The position numbers were made by a program, and so were the translations under genes. This document shows, in pieces, positions 1-11,678 of a stretch of DNA of 43,615 bases. Source of the DNA: Candidatus Cloacimonadota bacterium (GTDB lineage Bacteria > Cloacimonadota > Cloacimonadia > Cloacimonadales > JAQVBK01); the NCBI GenBank assembly GCA_028690365.1, contig JAQVBK010000001.1:1-43615 (forward strand), read 5' to 3'. Every line of letters starts with the position of its first letter. The first letter of the stretch is position 1. The notes below the pieces were generated by a model that worked only from the letters and a program-made list of their open reading frames with translations, was not told where the DNA came from and ran no database searches.

Positions 1-21
1 CATAGCAGAATAGTAGGAACC

Positions 22-171
22 ATGAGAGATATTATCATATTGGAATGTCAAGAGTGTAAAAATAGAAATTACACTACTACAAAGAACAAGAAGAAGCACA
101 CTGACAGACTTCAGACAAACAAATACTGTTCGAACTGTAGAAAACATACAGTTCATAAACAGACAAGATAA
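22..171 (+). CDS. rpmG: 50S ribosomal protein L33
   Basis: Hand translation gives [49 protein letters not shown] (49 aa). It has the CxxC...CxxC zinc ribbon typical of L33 and the canonical position upstream of tRNA-Trp and secE. It is absent from the ORF track because it is under 60 aa. Confidence 0.9.
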   Translation: MRDIIILECQECKNRNYTTTKNKKKHTDRLQTNKYCSNCRKHTVHKQTR

Positions 172-181
172 CTGAATTTGC

Positions 182-257
182 AGGACAGTAGTTCAATTGG
201 TAGAGCACTGGTCTCCAAAACCAGGGGTTGCGGGTTCGATTCCTGCCTGTCCTGCCA
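182..257 (+). tRNA. trnW: tRNA-Trp (anticodon CCA)
   Basis: A 76-nt cloverleaf folds by hand. The acceptor is AGGACAG/CTGTCCT and the D stem is GTTC/GAGC. The anticodon stem CTGGT/ACCAG carries the loop CTCCAAA. The T stem is GCGGG/CCTGC with a TTCGATT loop. The discriminator is G and the CCA end is encoded. Its position between rpmG and secE is classical. Confidence 0.93.
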
Positions 258-283
258 TAATCAAAAACTGAAGAGAGAGTATC

Positions 284-475
284 ATGATTAAGAAAATGCT
301 AAAGTTTTTCAAAGATGTTAGACAAGAATTAAAATTCGTGACCTGGCCAAGCAGGGATGATTTAAAAGAAGGTACAATAGTTGTAGTAGTTATGTCCACA
401 ATAGTATCATTATTTCTGTTTGCAGTAGATTCTATTTTTTCAGTTTTAATGAGATATATACTAATAAAAGGCTAA
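284..475 (+). CDS. secE: Preprotein translocase subunit SecE
   Basis: 63-aa protein with the conserved N-terminal motif (FFKDVRQELKKVTWPSR-like) followed by a single TM helix. It lies directly upstream of nusG. Confidence 0.9.
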   Translation: MIKKMLKFFKDVRQELKFVTWPSRDDLKEGTIVVVVMSTIVSLFLFAVDSIFSVLMRYILIKG

Positions 476-478
476 ATA

Positions 479-1087
479 ATGAAATGGTATGTATTGCATA
501 CTTATGCATCACACGAAAATAAAGTAAAGAATGCAATTGAAAAAGGTGTTTTAAATACTCCTCTTCAAGAACAGCTTGGCAGAATACTTATTCCAACCCA
601 GAGAACTTTTCATATCAGGGATGGGAAAAAAATCGAAACCGAAAAGAAGATTTTTACCAGTTACATTATTATAGAAGCCGATTTATCAAAAGAATTATTA
701 GACTTCATACTCAGGTTGCCGGGAGTAACTAATTTTCTGGCTACTAAGAAATCCAGAGGAAGTGTTTCAAATGCTTCTTCTGCAACTACAAAAAAGAAAA
801 AAACACCAACTTCAACAAATTTTGTATATGAACCACTTCCTCTCTTAGAGAGTGAAGTGAATAGATTGCTCGGAATAGCTGAACGAGAAAATGAGAACGC
901 TAAGGGTCAATATGACTTCATTCCGGGAGATATCGTTAAAATAATAGACGGTCCGTTTTCAGATTTTGACGGTATAGTGGAAAAATTTAATATGGAGCAA
1001 TCAAAATTGACTGTAAAGGTAACAGTGTTTGGTAGGATTACTCCTGTTGAAGTTAATGCAGATCAAGTTGAAATCCAAAACAAGTAA
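479..1087 (+). CDS. nusG: Transcription termination/antitermination factor NusG
   Basis: The NGN-domain start [16 protein letters not shown] and the C-terminal KOW motif ([19 protein letters not shown]) are both present. Synteny is secE-nusG-rplK. It carries a Ser/Thr/Lys-rich linker insertion. Confidence 0.93.
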   Translation: MKWYVLHTYASHENKVKNAIEKGVLNTPLQEQLGRILIPTQRTFHIRDGKKIETEKKIFTSYIIIEADLSKELLDFILRLPGVTNFLATKKSRGSVSNASSATTKKKKTPTSTNFVYEPLPLLESEVNRLLGIAERENENAKGQYDFIPGDIVKIIDGPFSDFDGIVEKFNMEQSKLTVKVTVFGRITPVEVNADQVEIQNK

Positions 1088-1104
1088 AATATAAAGAGGT
1101 AGAT

Positions 1105-1536
1105 ATGCCAATTCCAAAAGATGTAGTAAAAGTTGTAAAATTGCAGTTACCTGCTGGTCAGGCAACACCTGCTCCTCCAGTTGGACCGGCTCTGGGACAG
1201 GCTGGGATAAATATTCCTGAATTTTGCAAAGCTTACAACGACAAAACAAAAGACAATATGGGAATGATATATCCTGTAATGATCTATGTAAAAAAGAATA
1301 AATCTTATACTTTCGAAATTAAAACTCCTCCGGCAGCTGTACTTTTAAGAAAAGAGGCAGGATTAGCTAAGGGTTCAGGTGAGCCTAACCGAAATAAAGT
1401 CGGAAAGGTGACCAAGGCTCAGGTTAAAAAAATTGCAGAACTTAAACTGCAGGATTTGAATGCTTTTAGTATTAAATCAGCGATGAGGACGATCGAGGGT
1501 ACTGCAAGAAGTATGGGTATTGAGATATCCGAATAA
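1105..1536 (+). CDS. rplK: 50S ribosomal protein L11
   Basis: The motif [26 protein letters not shown] is diagnostic of L11, and the synteny fits. Confidence 0.96.
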   Translation: MPIPKDVVKVVKLQLPAGQATPAPPVGPALGQAGINIPEFCKAYNDKTKDNMGMIYPVMIYVKKNKSYTFEIKTPPAAVLLRKEAGLAKGSGEPNRNKVGKVTKAQVKKIAELKLQDLNAFSIKSAMRTIEGTARSMGIEISE

Positions 1537-1567
1537 TCTCGCTCTTGCAGGAGATCAAGGAGAGTAA

Positions 1568-2275
1568 ATGAAAACGAGAAGTAATCGCTATTCTAAGTGG
1601 AAAGACTTCTATGACAAACAACAGAAATATGGTCTTGATGAGGGAATTGAAATTCTGAAAAAATTACCTTCAGCAAAATTCGATGAAACTGTTGAGATTC
1701 ATATGAACACAGGAGTCGATCCCAGAAAAGCAGATCAACAGATCAGAAATTCACTTATTTTACCACACGGAACTGGTAAAGTAGTCAGAGTACTGGTCTT
1801 TGCAGACGGAGACAAGGCAACTGAAGCAAAAGAAGCAGGAGCCGATTATGTAGGTCTGGATGAATATATCGAAAAGATAACATCCGGATGGTTGGATTTT
1901 GATGTCGCAATAGCAACGCCGAACTTAATGGCAAAAATCGGACGCCTGGGTAAAATTCTTGGACCCAGACAGCTTATGCCTAACCCAAAAGTTGGCACAG
2001 TAACTATGGATGTAGCAAAAGCAGTACAAGATTCCAAAGGTGGAAAGGTTGTTTACAAAGTAGACAAATTTTCAAACTTACACGTACCTGCCGGTAAGTT
2101 GAGTTTTGAAAACGAGAAACTGCGAGAAAACTTATTAACAATCATATCAGCAATTGCAAAAGAAAAACCTGCAGCCATGAAAGGTCAATACTTAAAGAGT
2201 ATTACCTTAACATCAACTATGAAACCGGGAATCAGACTTAATGTAGCTGACACGCTGCTTCTGACAAAGAAATAG
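1568..2275 (+). CDS. rplA: 50S ribosomal protein L1
   Basis: 235 aa with L1-like segments (FDETVEIHMNTGVDPRKADQQIRNSLILPHGTGK). An AGGAG RBS lies upstream and the synteny fits. Confidence 0.95.
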   Translation: MKTRSNRYSKWKDFYDKQQKYGLDEGIEILKKLPSAKFDETVEIHMNTGVDPRKADQQIRNSLILPHGTGKVVRVLVFADGDKATEAKEAGADYVGLDEYIEKITSGWLDFDVAIATPNLMAKIGRLGKILGPRQLMPNPKVGTVTMDVAKAVQDSKGGKVVYKVDKFSNLHVPAGKLSFENEKLRENLLTIISAIAKEKPAAMKGQYLKSITLTSTMKPGIRLNVADTLLLTKK

Positions 2276-2283
2276 GGGGCACA

Positions 2284-2811
2284 ATGATACAGGAATACAA
2301 ATTAAGCAGAGTAGCTACAATTAAAGAAAGATTAAGTGATGCAAAATCAATAGTCATACTCGATTATAAGGGTATCAATGTTGAGGAAGTTGATGAATTA
2401 AGGACAAGAATGCGTAATTTGGGAGTTGACTATTTTGTAGCCAAAAACACATTTCTAAAAATAGCCATGAAAGATTTGGGAATCGAAGATATTAATGAGT
2501 GGCTCAAAGGTCCTAACGCAATTGCAATTTCAAAGACAGATGAAGTAGCACCGGCTAAAGTTCTTCCATTGTTCAAAAAAGAGTTCATGGGGGACAAAGA
2601 GTTTCCAAATTTCAAAATTGGATACATTGGCGGGAAAGTTATTACAGCTGTTGATTTGAATGCTTATGCTGAATTACCTTCAAGAGAAGAATTACTGGCA
2701 AAGATGATGGCAGGATTCAATGCTCCTATATCAGGATTTGTTGGTGCTCTGAACGGTATTATAAGAAAATTTGTTTATACAATTGATGCTATTGCAAATA
2801 AAGAAAACTAA
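2284..2811 (+). CDS. rplJ: 50S ribosomal protein L10
   Basis: 175 aa, L10-like ([21 protein letters not shown]...YFVAKNT). It lies between rplA and rplL. Confidence 0.92.
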   Translation: MIQEYKLSRVATIKERLSDAKSIVILDYKGINVEEVDELRTRMRNLGVDYFVAKNTFLKIAMKDLGIEDINEWLKGPNAIAISKTDEVAPAKVLPLFKKEFMGDKEFPNFKIGYIGGKVITAVDLNAYAELPSREELLAKMMAGFNAPISGFVGALNGIIRKFVYTIDAIANKEN

Positions 2812-2830
2812 TAGATTAAGTGGAGGAAAC

Positions 2831-3205
2831 ATGTCTGATAAGAAAGAACAAGTAATTGAACTTGTAAAAGGAATGACAGTACTTGAATTGTCTGAATTGG
2901 TAAAAGAACTTGAAGAAATATTTGGTGTTACAGCTGCTGCACCGGTTGCAGTTGCTGCTGCTGGTCCTGTTCAACAGGAAGCTGTCGCAGAAAAAACAGA
3001 ATTTGATGTTATTCTTGCCAGTGCTGGCGATAAGAAAATCAATGTAATCAAAGAAGTTAGACAAATCACCAAATTAGGTCTCAAAGAAGCAAAAGACTTA
3101 GTAGATAACTGCCCGAACAAAATAGCTGAAAATGTTTCAAAGCAAGAAGCAGAAGCTATGAAAAAGCAAATCGAAGCAGCAGGTGCTACTGTTGAGATTA
3201 AATAA
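2831..3205 (+). CDS. rplL: 50S ribosomal protein L7/L12
   Basis: I start it at ATG 2831 ([29 protein letters not shown]...), which is preceded by GTGGAGGAAAC. The Ala-rich hinge and the C-terminal KEAKDLV...[10 protein letters not shown] are classical L12. The ORF-track start at 2771 overlaps rplJ and adds non-homologous residues. Confidence 0.94.
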   Translation: MSDKKEQVIELVKGMTVLELSELVKELEEIFGVTAAAPVAVAAAGPVQQEAVAEKTEFDVILASAGDKKINVIKEVRQITKLGLKEAKDLVDNCPNKIAENVSKQEAEAMKKQIEAAGATVEIK

Positions 3206-3226
3206 GTTCAACTACAAATCATTATC

Positions 3227-3257
3227 AAAGTGGGCGAATAAAGCCCACTTTCTCTAT
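3227..3257 (+). terminator. Hairpin between rplL and rpoB (likely partial terminator/attenuator)
   Basis: AAAGTGGGC (3227-3235) pairs with GCCCACTTT (3243-3251) and is followed by a T-rich tract. An attenuator at this junction is well known in the rplJL-rpoBC operon of other bacteria. Confidence 0.6.
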
Positions 3258-3309
3258 TTAAACTAATCAATTCCTGCGAATTTATTCGCATTCTTATAAG
3301 GAGTGAGCT

Positions 3310-6300
3310 TTGAAACAAGTCAAAATTAAAAGCTATTCCAAAATTGGCAGACGCTTTCAGGAATGCAATATTCCTAATGTAGAAGTACCAAATCTTCTGG
3401 CAATGCAAATTGATTCATATGAAGAATTTCTACAGAAAGATGTTCATCCTCAAAAGAGAAAATCTGTTGGTTTACAGGCAGTGTTTGAATCAATATTCCC
3501 TATAGAAGATCCTAAAGGTCTGTATCTTCTGGAATTTGTAGAGTACTCAGTATTAAAAGAAAAATATAATACAGATGAATGTAAAGAACGAAATTTAACT
3601 TATCAGGCTCCTATAAAAGCCAAACTGAAGCTAACAATTTATGACGAAGAAGCCTTGAAAAATGCAAATCAAAAATTAGAAAGAGATATCATTATGCAAG
3701 AGGTCTTCTTAGGTGAAATTCCTCTTGTTACTGAACAGGGAACCTTTATTGTGAACGGCTCTGAAAGAGTAATCATTAGTCAGTTACACAGATCCCCCGG
3801 TGTTTTCTTCACTGAAGAAAGACATCCTAGCGGAAGAAGTCTGGCTATGGCAAAAGTTATTCCTTACACAGGTTCATGGCTTGAATTTACTCTGGATATC
3901 AATGACACTTTATATGTCTATATTGATAAAAAGAGAAAACTCCCGGTGAGCGTTCTACTAAGAAGCGCTGGTATTTCTACTAATGAAGATTTGAGAAATG
4001 TATTCTACGGAAAAGAAACAATACCAGTTTCAGAACTTCAAAACAGACATCTCTTCAATGATCTTATTGATCCTCATACAGGAGAAGTAATTGCTAATGC
4101 AGGAAGTGAAATTTCTGAAGAGATCGAATTAAAACTGAAAGAAATGGATTTTAATGAAATAGATGTAGTGACTACTGAAACTGAACACTATAGAAAAGTT
4201 CTGGAAAACACTATTGCAAAAGACTCATCTGAAAATCAGGAAGATGCAGTCAAAAAGATATATAATATCATCAGACCTGGTGAAGAAGCATTTTATGAAT
4301 CATCTCTGGCGTTGGTTGAAAAAATGTTCTTCAATGAAAAAAGATATAATTTAGGTGAAGTAGGAAGATATAAGTTGAATGCCAGACTCGGTGTAGATAT
4401 CGATCCTGAGCTGAAGATATTAACTAAGCAGGATCTTATAGCGATTGTAAGAAAAATAATAGATGTTCAAAAAGGCGATGAAATAACTGACGATATAGAT
4501 CATCTCTCAAACAGAAGAATTAAAACTATCGGCGAATTATTGGAAGAACAATATAACAGTGGACTTTTGAGAGTTACCAGAATTGCAGTAGAAAGAATGT
4601 CTATATCTTCTCCAGATGAAATTACAGTTCATGATTTGATAAACAGTAATGCTTTGATTTCGGTAGTATCTTCATTTTTCTTGACCGGTCAGCTTTCACA
4701 ATATCAGGAACAGACAAACCCACTTGCTGCAATAACTCATAAGAGAAGATTCTCTGCTCTGGGACCAGGCGGTCTGACAAGAGAAAGAGCTGGTTTCGAA
4801 GTAAGAGACGTTCATAATTCGCATTATGGTCGTATTTGTCCAATAGAGACACCGGAAGGCTCAAATATTGGATTGATTTCATCTCCGGCAATTTACTCAA
4901 AAATTAACAGAATGGGATTTATTGAAACCCCATACATCAAAGTAGAGAACTGTAAAATAATAAACCAAATAGATTATCTTGATCCTACTGCTGAGGAAAA
5001 ATTTGTTATAGCTCAGGCGAACGTGAATTTTGACGACAGTTTGAGGATAACAGATGAAATAGTTTTTGCCAGATACAAAAACGAATTTGTTCAGGTAGCT
5101 CCCGAACAAGTTCATTATATGGACGTAAGTCCGCAACAGATTGTTTCTGTATCAGCTGCCTTGATCCCTTTCCTTGAACACGACGATGCTAACAGAGCTC
5201 TTATGGGCTCTAACATGCAGAGACAAGCAGTACCTCTTCTGAAACCTTCTGCTCCAATAGTTGGAACCGGAGTAGAAAGAATTGTAGCCAGGGATAGCGG
5301 AATTGTACAGGTTGCTCCTTATAGCGGCGTTATAAAAAGAGTTAATTCTTCATTTATCGAAATAGAGAAAGACGAAGCTAAAACTGATGAAATAAATCTT
5401 TCAATTGATGACAGAATTTATTTGAAGAAATATAGTAAAACCAATCAGGATACTTGTAATAATCAGAGACCAATTGTAAAAGCCGGAGACAGGGTACAAA
5501 AGGGTGATCCAATTTCTGACGGAGCGTCTGTCGATGGTGACAGGCTAGCCTTAGGTCAAAATCTGATGGTTGCTTTCATGCCATGGTATGGCTACAATTA
5601 TGAGGATGCAATCATACTCAGCGAAAAAGTAGCCAGAGAAGATATTCTTACTTCTGTTTATATTGAGGAACTTGAAGTTTTGGTTCGTAACGTCAAGAAT
5701 GGAAAAGAGGAATTAGCTTACGATATACCCAATGTCCCAACTCTATCTCTAAGGAATCTGGACAAAACAGGTATTGTCAGAATAGGTTCTGTTATAAAGT
5801 CTGGAGATATAATCGTGGGTAAAATAACCCCGAAAAATGTGGATATAGATCCTTCTCCTGAAGAAAATTTGATGAGAGCTCTATTTGGTGATAGAGCAGG
5901 AGATTTTTCCAATACTTCACTAAAAGCTAAACCCGGAATGGAAGGCGTTGTTATTGACGTAAAAGTTTTTTCGAGACTGGAAGACGCTAATGACATCGAA
6001 GAAGAGAAGAAGGAATTTATTGAAAAACTGAAACGTGATTATCAGGAAAGAAACAGAAGAATAGAAGAATTCCTGAAAGATAAAATGTCAAAAGCACTGC
6101 TGGGAGAAAAAGCTAAAAACATTGTTGATACAAAAAACAACATATTTATGGTTCCCTCAGGAAAATTGATTACAGAAGAAGATATCGAGAAAATCAATTT
6201 CAGACGTCTTAATCTGGACTATGAGCTAGTCGAGAGTGCAACTAAAAATGCAGAAATATACAGAGAAATTATTCTGAAAATAAAGAGTGCTCAGGAAGAA

Positions 6301-7104
6301 AATGAAAATATTCTGAAAAAAGAAAAAGACAGACTGAAGCACGGTGATGAGCTACCATATGGTGTTCGAAAAATGGTAAAAGTTTACATTGCCAAAAAGA
6401 GAAAAATAGAAGTTGGCGATAAAATGGCTGGAAGGCATGGTAACAAGGGTGTAATTTCCAGAATTAACCCAATTGAAGATATGCCTTTTATGGAAAATGG
6501 CGAACCAGTTGATATTATTCTGAATCCACTTGGAGTTCCTTCTCGTATGAATATCGGGCAGATTATGGAAACTCATCTCGGTATGGCAGCAAAAATACTC
6601 GGTTTCAATATAGAGACACCTGTGTTTGACGGTGCTACTTACGAAGAAATAAGAGAAGAAATGCTTAATGCAGGAATGAGTCCTGACGGGAAACAGGTTT
6701 TGTATGATGGTAAAACCGGTGAACCTTTCAAAGAAAGGGTAACCGTCGGCATTATGTATATGCTGAAGCTTAATCACCTGGTTGCAGATAAGATGCATGC
6801 CCGCTCGACAGGTCCATACTCCCTCATTACCCAGCAACCTCTCGGAGGAAAAGCTCAGATGGGTGGACAAAGGCTGGGAGAAATGGAAGTATGGGCGTTG
6901 GAAGCATATGGAGCATCCAGACTACTTGAAGAAATGCTGACTATAAAATCAGACGATGTCGAAGGAAGAACCAATGCATTCAAAGCAATATCCAGTGGGA
7001 AAAATCCGCCTAGCCCGGGTGTTCCGGAATCATTCAATGTGTTGGTAAGTGAGTTAAAGTCACTTGGCATTGATATCGAATTCCTTTCCGATTCAGAAGT
7101 ATAA
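3310..7104 (+). CDS. rpoB: DNA-directed RNA polymerase subunit beta
   Basis: 1264 aa with a TTG start preceded by AAGGAG. Diagnostic motifs include the rifampicin-region segment FFLTGQLSQYQEQTNPLAAITHKRR, GDKMAGRHGNKGV and NPLGVPSRMNIGQ. Confidence 0.98.
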   Translation: MKQVKIKSYSKIGRRFQECNIPNVEVPNLLAMQIDSYEEFLQKDVHPQKRKSVGLQAVFESIFPIEDPKGLYLLEFVEYSVLKEKYNTDECKERNLTYQAPIKAKLKLTIYDEEALKNANQKLERDIIMQEVFLGEIPLVTEQGTFIVNGSERVIISQLHRSPGVFFTEERHPSGRSLAMAKVIPYTGSWLEFTLDINDTLYVYIDKKRKLPVSVLLRSAGISTNEDLRNVFYGKETIPVSELQNRHLFNDLIDPHTGEVIANAGSEISEEIELKLKEMDFNEIDVVTTETEHYRKVLENTIAKDSSENQEDAVKKIYNIIRPGEEAFYESSLALVEKMFFNEKRYNLGEVGRYKLNARLGVDIDPELKILTKQDLIAIVRKIIDVQKGDEITDDIDHLSNRRIKTIGELLEEQYNSGLLRVTRIAVERMSISSPDEITVHDLINSNALISVVSSFFLTGQLSQYQEQTNPLAAITHKRRFSALGPGGLTRERAGFEVRDVHNSHYGRICPIETPEGSNIGLISSPAIYSKINRMGFIETPYIKVENCKIINQIDYLDPTAEEKFVIAQANVNFDDSLRITDEIVFARYKNEFVQVAPEQVHYMDVSPQQIVSVSAALIPFLEHDDANRALMGSNMQRQAVPLLKPSAPIVGTGVERIVARDSGIVQVAPYSGVIKRVNSSFIEIEKDEAKTDEINLSIDDRIYLKKYSKTNQDTCNNQRPIVKAGDRVQKGDPISDGASVDGDRLALGQNLMVAFMPWYGYNYEDAIILSEKVAREDILTSVYIEELEVLVRNVKNGKEELAYDIPNVPTLSLRNLDKTGIVRIGSVIKSGDIIVGKITPKNVDIDPSPEENLMRALFGDRAGDFSNTSLKAKPGMEGVVIDVKVFSRLEDANDIEEEKKEFIEKLKRDYQERNRRIEEFLKDKMSKALLGEKAKNIVDTKNNIFMVPSGKLITEEDIEKINFRRLNLDYELVESATKNAEIYREIILKIKSAQEENENILKKEKDRLKHGDELPYGVRKMVKVYIAKKRKIEVGDKMAGRHGNKGVISRINPIEDMPFMENGEPVDIILNPLGVPSRMNIGQIMETHLGMAAKILGFNIETPVFDGATYEEIREEMLNAGMSPDGKQVLYDGKTGEPFKERVTVGIMYMLKLNHLVADKMHARSTGPYSLITQQPLGGKAQMGGQRLGEMEVWALEAYGASRLLEEMLTIKSDDVEGRTNAFKAISSGKNPPSPGVPESFNVLVSELKSLGIDIEFLSDSEV

Positions 7105-7115
7105 CGGGGGGACAA

Positions 7116-10100
7116 GTGTTACGAGAGATTAAAAGAACAAAAAAGATTGAGACTTATGACAATGTGAGAATCAAAATTGCTTCTCCTGAAACAATGCGTG
7201 AATGGTCTTTTGGAGAAGTTACCAAGCCTGATACTCTGAACTACAGAACTTTGAAACCAGAGAAAGACGGACTGTTTTGTGAAAGAATATTTGGTCCAGA
7301 AAGAGATTACGAATGTAGCTGTGGCAAATATAAAAAGAAAAGATTTGCTAATACTATTTGTGATCGTTGCGGAGTAGAAGTAACTACTTCGAGAGTTAGA
7401 AGAAGCAGGATGGGTCATATTGAGCTGGCGGTACCAATAGCACACATTTGGTTTGTGAAGAGTATGCCAAGTAAGATAGGTACTCTACTTGATCTTACAA
7501 TCAAGGAACTGGAAAGAGTTCTGTATTATGAATCTTATATTGTCACTGATCCTGGTGAAACAACATATGAACGTTATGAACTTCTTGATATAGAAGAATA
7601 CTATGAAAACAGAGATCAATTCGATAGTAGCTTCAAAGCTCTGATTGGAGCAGAGGCTATTAAATATATGCTTGATAACATCGATCTCGATAATGAAGCG
7701 CTTAATCTCCGCTCATTAATCAGATTGGAAACTTCGGCTCTGAAAAAACAGAAAGCTGTTAAAACACTTAAAATAGTCGATGCCTTCAGAAAATCAGGTA
7801 ACAAACCCGGTTGGATGATACTCGAAGTATTACCGGTTTTACCACCTACCCTCAGGCCACTAGTTCCTCTTGAAGGCGGTAGATTTGCTACTGCAGATTT
7901 TAATGATCTCTATAGAAGAGTTATAACCAGAAACAATAGATTAAAACAACTTATCGAAATCAGAGCTCCCGAAGTAATCTTGAGAAACGAAAAAAGAATG
8001 CTTCAGGAAGCTGTAGATGCTCTGCTTGATAACAGCAGAAAAACCAGACCCGTAAAAGGTCGAGGTGGCAGGGTTCTGAAATCTTTAGCTGATCAGCTAA
8101 AAGGTAAACAGGGCAGATTCCGTCAAAACTTATTGGGTAAACGTGTAGATTATTCAGGTCGTTCAGTGATCACTGCCGGTCCTAACCTGAAATTGCATCA
8201 ATGCGGTCTCCCTAAAGATATGGCTGCTGAATTATTCAAACCATTTATAATCGAAAGATTGGAAAGAATTGGCGAAGCTGAAAAAATGAAATCCGCTAAG
8301 AAAATGGTAGAGAAGAAACAGCCTGAGATCTGGAAAATCCTTGAAGATGTAATTCAGGATTATCCCGTTCTGCTTAATAGAGCACCGACTTTGCATAAGT
8401 TAGGTATACAGGCATTCATGCCGGTCTTAATTGAAGGTAAAGCAATAGAATTACACCCGATGGTGTGTACTCCATATAATGCCGACTTTGATGGTGACCA
8501 GATGGCTGTGTATATACCATTATCACAAGAAGCCAGAATGGAAGCGAGAGTTCTGATGCTTTCTTCCAGAAACATTTTACTCCCTGCTAATGGTAAGCTT
8601 GCTATGACTGCCAGTCAGGATATTGTGCTTGGCTGTTATTACATAACTTTGCAGAGAGGTAATGAACCTAAAGATGAAGAACTAAAAAAACTGAGATATT
8701 TCGAATCTTCAGACGAATTAATCCTTGCTTATGAACAGGACGAACTCTTGTACAGTAGAAAAGGAGAAACAGTTGAAGGAAGAACACTGGATATTCATAC
8801 TTGGATAAGAATAAAAAAGGGAAAGAAATTTATTACAACAACAGTTGGTAGAGTAATTTTTAATCAAATTCTTCCCAAAGAATTACCATTCATGAATTTT
8901 ACTTTTAATAAATCGGAATTAAATGAATTGGCAATGAAGAGCTTCCATGCTGTGGGACAGAGAAGAACTGCAGTTCTGCTCGATGATTTGAAGGATATCG
9001 GTTTTAAGTATGCAACTAAAGCTGGAATCACTTTCAGCGCCAATGACGTTATTGTTCCTACAGTAAAGAAAGAAATTATTGATGCTACTGAATTAGAAGT
9101 TAAAGACATCGTTGATAATTATCTTAGAGGCGCTATAACGGAGAATGAGAAATCTAATCGTGTTATTGATAAATGGAAAATTGCAGCAGCCAAAGTTACA
9201 GACGCTTTGATGATTGATCTATTAAAAGATCAGGGTGGTCTCAATGCTATCAACATTATGTATTTGTCGGGTGCCCGAGGTAGCAAGGATCAGATTAAGC
9301 AGTTGGGAGCAATGCGTGGACTGATGGAGAAACCTTCAAAAATAGGTTCTGATACTCAGGCTGAGGTTATTGAAACTCCTATAAAATCAAACTTTAGAGA
9401 AGGTCTCAATGTCCTTGAATATTTTATTTCAACTCATGGAGCCAGAAAAGGTTTGGCTGATACTGCTTTGAAAACTGCAGATGCCGGTTATCTTACCAGA
9501 AGGCTGGTGGATGTGGCTCAAAATGCGATAATTCTGCAAGATGATTGTGGTACAATTGAAGGTATTGAAGTAATGGCGCTTAAAGAAGGTCAGGAAGTAG
9601 TTCAATCTCTAGCTGACAGAATCTTTGGAGCTACCGCTACTGAAGATATTATTGATCCAGTCACTGGGAAAGTACTAGTGGAAGCTGGTGAGGAAATTAG
9701 CAATGATATGGCAGTGACTATTCAAAAACACGGAATTACATCAGTTAAGATAAGATCCGTATTGACATGTGAAGCTGAGAAAGGTATATGTAAGAAATGT
9801 TATGGTAGAAACCTTGCCACTCAAAAAACCGCAATGATAGGTGATCCTGTTGGTATTGTTGCGGCTCAGAGTATTGGAGAACCGGGAACTCAGCTTACAT
9901 TGAGAACTTTCCATATCGGTGGTGCGTCCGCAACAGATGTTGATATAGCTGAAGTACGTTCTAATCAGGAAGGAATTGTAGAATTTTCAAAAATGAATGT
10001 AATTGTTAATAGAAAGGGTGAGATGATTTCTACCAGTTTCCTTGGAAGAATAAGGATTCTAAACCCGAAAGATAGAACGGAACTAGAAAATTACAAAGTC

Positions 10101-11273
10101 GAGTATGCTGCTACTATTTATGTAAAAGATGGTGATTTGATTGAAGAAGACACCAGATTGTTTACATGGGATCATTATAGTAATCCGCTGATTGCTACTT
10201 CTGAAGGTACAGTAAAACTTGAAAACTTTGTTAAAGATCTAACTTTCAAAGAGGAGTTTAACGATCTAACCGGAAGCAAAGAGATTACAATTATAGAATC
10301 AAAAGATAAGAAGTATCAGCCTCAAATCAGAATTATTGCTCCAAATGGAACAAGTGAACAAATGCCTTTGCCTCAGGGATTGAGCATTGAGGTTGAAGAT
10401 GGAATATATGTGTATCCCGGCGATGTTCTCGGAAAATCTTCCAGAATAACCGTTAAACAACACGACATTACCGGTGGTCTTCCTAAAGTTCAGGAATTGT
10501 TCGAAGCAAGAGTTCCTCGCGATAAAGCAATTCTAACGGAGATTTCAGGAATAGTAACTATCGGAGAATACAGCAAGTTGGGCAGAGCGGTATATGTAAC
10601 ATCTGATAATGGTACTAAGACAAAATATATGATTCCACCCGGTAAAAGGCTTCTTGTGCACCAGAATGATATCGTCGATAGTGGTGATGCATTGTCAGAT
10701 GGACAACTTGACCCTCATGACATTCTGAAAGCCAAGGGTATAAAAGCAGCTCAGATGCTTCTTCTTAATGAAATACAAGAAGTGTACAGAAAACAGGGTG
10801 TGAAAATTGATGATAAACACATTAGCATTATCATCAGACAGATGTTTAAGAAAGTTAAAATCAATGATCCAGGCAAAACCTTCTTCCTTGAGGGTGAAGT
10901 TGTGGATAAAAACAGTGTTATGTATGAAAATAAAAAAGTCGAAGATGCTGGAGAACAGGGCGCAACTTTTGAGCAATTACTACTTGGTATCACAAAAGCT
11001 TCATTGTTGACAGACAGCTGGTTGTCTGCGGCCTCCTTCCAGGAGACCACAAAAGTACTAACTCAATCTGCTATCGAGGGGAAAACTGATACCCTTGAAG
11101 GTTTGAAAGAAAGTATAATCCTTGGTCATCGTGTTCCTGTTGGTACAGGAGCAAAGTATTACACCAAGATGGTAAAGGAAGAGCTTGAACAAGGTAAGAC
11201 AGTTGCCGAAATTATTAATCATTTTGCCCATGTTGAAAAAAGTGACAGCATAGAAGATATTCTCGACTTTTAA
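7116..11273 (+). CDS. rpoC: DNA-directed RNA polymerase subunit beta'
   Basis: 1385 aa with a GTG start preceded by GGGGGG. It has the zinc-binding CxC...CxxC near the N-terminus, the catalytic NADFDGDQM motif and the trigger-loop region. Confidence 0.98.
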   Translation: MLREIKRTKKIETYDNVRIKIASPETMREWSFGEVTKPDTLNYRTLKPEKDGLFCERIFGPERDYECSCGKYKKKRFANTICDRCGVEVTTSRVRRSRMGHIELAVPIAHIWFVKSMPSKIGTLLDLTIKELERVLYYESYIVTDPGETTYERYELLDIEEYYENRDQFDSSFKALIGAEAIKYMLDNIDLDNEALNLRSLIRLETSALKKQKAVKTLKIVDAFRKSGNKPGWMILEVLPVLPPTLRPLVPLEGGRFATADFNDLYRRVITRNNRLKQLIEIRAPEVILRNEKRMLQEAVDALLDNSRKTRPVKGRGGRVLKSLADQLKGKQGRFRQNLLGKRVDYSGRSVITAGPNLKLHQCGLPKDMAAELFKPFIIERLERIGEAEKMKSAKKMVEKKQPEIWKILEDVIQDYPVLLNRAPTLHKLGIQAFMPVLIEGKAIELHPMVCTPYNADFDGDQMAVYIPLSQEARMEARVLMLSSRNILLPANGKLAMTASQDIVLGCYYITLQRGNEPKDEELKKLRYFESSDELILAYEQDELLYSRKGETVEGRTLDIHTWIRIKKGKKFITTTVGRVIFNQILPKELPFMNFTFNKSELNELAMKSFHAVGQRRTAVLLDDLKDIGFKYATKAGITFSANDVIVPTVKKEIIDATELEVKDIVDNYLRGAITENEKSNRVIDKWKIAAAKVTDALMIDLLKDQGGLNAINIMYLSGARGSKDQIKQLGAMRGLMEKPSKIGSDTQAEVIETPIKSNFREGLNVLEYFISTHGARKGLADTALKTADAGYLTRRLVDVAQNAIILQDDCGTIEGIEVMALKEGQEVVQSLADRIFGATATEDIIDPVTGKVLVEAGEEISNDMAVTIQKHGITSVKIRSVLTCEAEKGICKKCYGRNLATQKTAMIGDPVGIVAAQSIGEPGTQLTLRTFHIGGASATDVDIAEVRSNQEGIVEFSKMNVIVNRKGEMISTSFLGRIRILNPKDRTELENYKVEYAATIYVKDGDLIEEDTRLFTWDHYSNPLIATSEGTVKLENFVKDLTFKEEFNDLTGSKEITIIESKDKKYQPQIRIIAPNGTSEQMPLPQGLSIEVEDGIYVYPGDVLGKSSRITVKQHDITGGLPKVQELFEARVPRDKAILTEISGIVTIGEYSKLGRAVYVTSDNGTKTKYMIPPGKRLLVHQNDIVDSGDALSDGQLDPHDILKAKGIKAAQMLLLNEIQEVYRKQGVKIDDKHISIIIRQMFKKVKINDPGKTFFLEGEVVDKNSVMYENKKVEDAGEQGATFEQLLLGITKASLLTDSWLSAASFQETTKVLTQSAIEGKTDTLEGLKESIILGHRVPVGTGAKYYTKMVKEELEQGKTVAEIINHFAHVEKSDSIEDILDF

Positions 11274-11293
11274 ATAAAAAACTGGAGGAAAAA

Positions 11294-11665
11294 GTGCCAA
11301 CAATAAACCAATTGGTAAGAAAAGGCAGAGAGACAATTGAGAAAAACAAAAAGAACAGAGCACTGGCAGAGTGCCCTCAAAGAAGAGGAGTATGTTTAAG
11401 AGTTTATACTACAACTCCCAAGAAACCTAATTCAGCTTTACGTAAAGTAGCCAGAGTGAGATTAACAAACGGCTTTGAAGTAACTGCTTATATCCCTGGA
11501 GAGGGACACAATTTGCAGGAACACTCAATTGTTCTGGTAAGAGGCGGAAGAGTAAAAGACCTTCCTGGTGTAAGATATCACATAGTCAGAGGAACACTGG
11601 ATTCTAATGGCGTAGAAAACAGAAAGAACTCACGCTCCAAATATGGTGCAAAGAGACCTAAATAA
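11294..11665 (+). CDS. rpsL: 30S ribosomal protein S12
   Basis: GTG start after [17 protein letters not shown]...[19 protein letters not shown] is diagnostic of S12. Confidence 0.97.
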   Translation: MPTINQLVRKGRETIEKNKKNRALAECPQRRGVCLRVYTTTPKKPNSALRKVARVRLTNGFEVTAYIPGEGHNLQEHSIVLVRGGRVKDLPGVRYHIVRGTLDSNGVENRKNSRSKYGAKRPK

Positions 11666-11678
11666 TTGGAGGAATTGA

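Noticed and set aside
2771-2830. N-terminal extension of rplL given by the ORF track ([20 protein letters not shown]...).
   Set aside because: It overlaps the rplJ 3' end and is non-homologous to L12. A strong GGAGG RBS precedes ATG 2831, where the canonical L12 N-terminus begins.
6352-6870. 172-aa ORF on the minus strand inside rpoB. Similar antisense ORFs lie inside rpoB/rpoC at 4622-4900, 4897-5136, 5718-5996, 6855-7115, 7119-7445, 10695-10976 and 10751-11050.
   Set aside because: These lie entirely antisense to highly conserved, motif-verified RNAP genes. Their composition is odd and Cys/His/Phe-rich, and they have no RBS. They are typical shadow ORFs.
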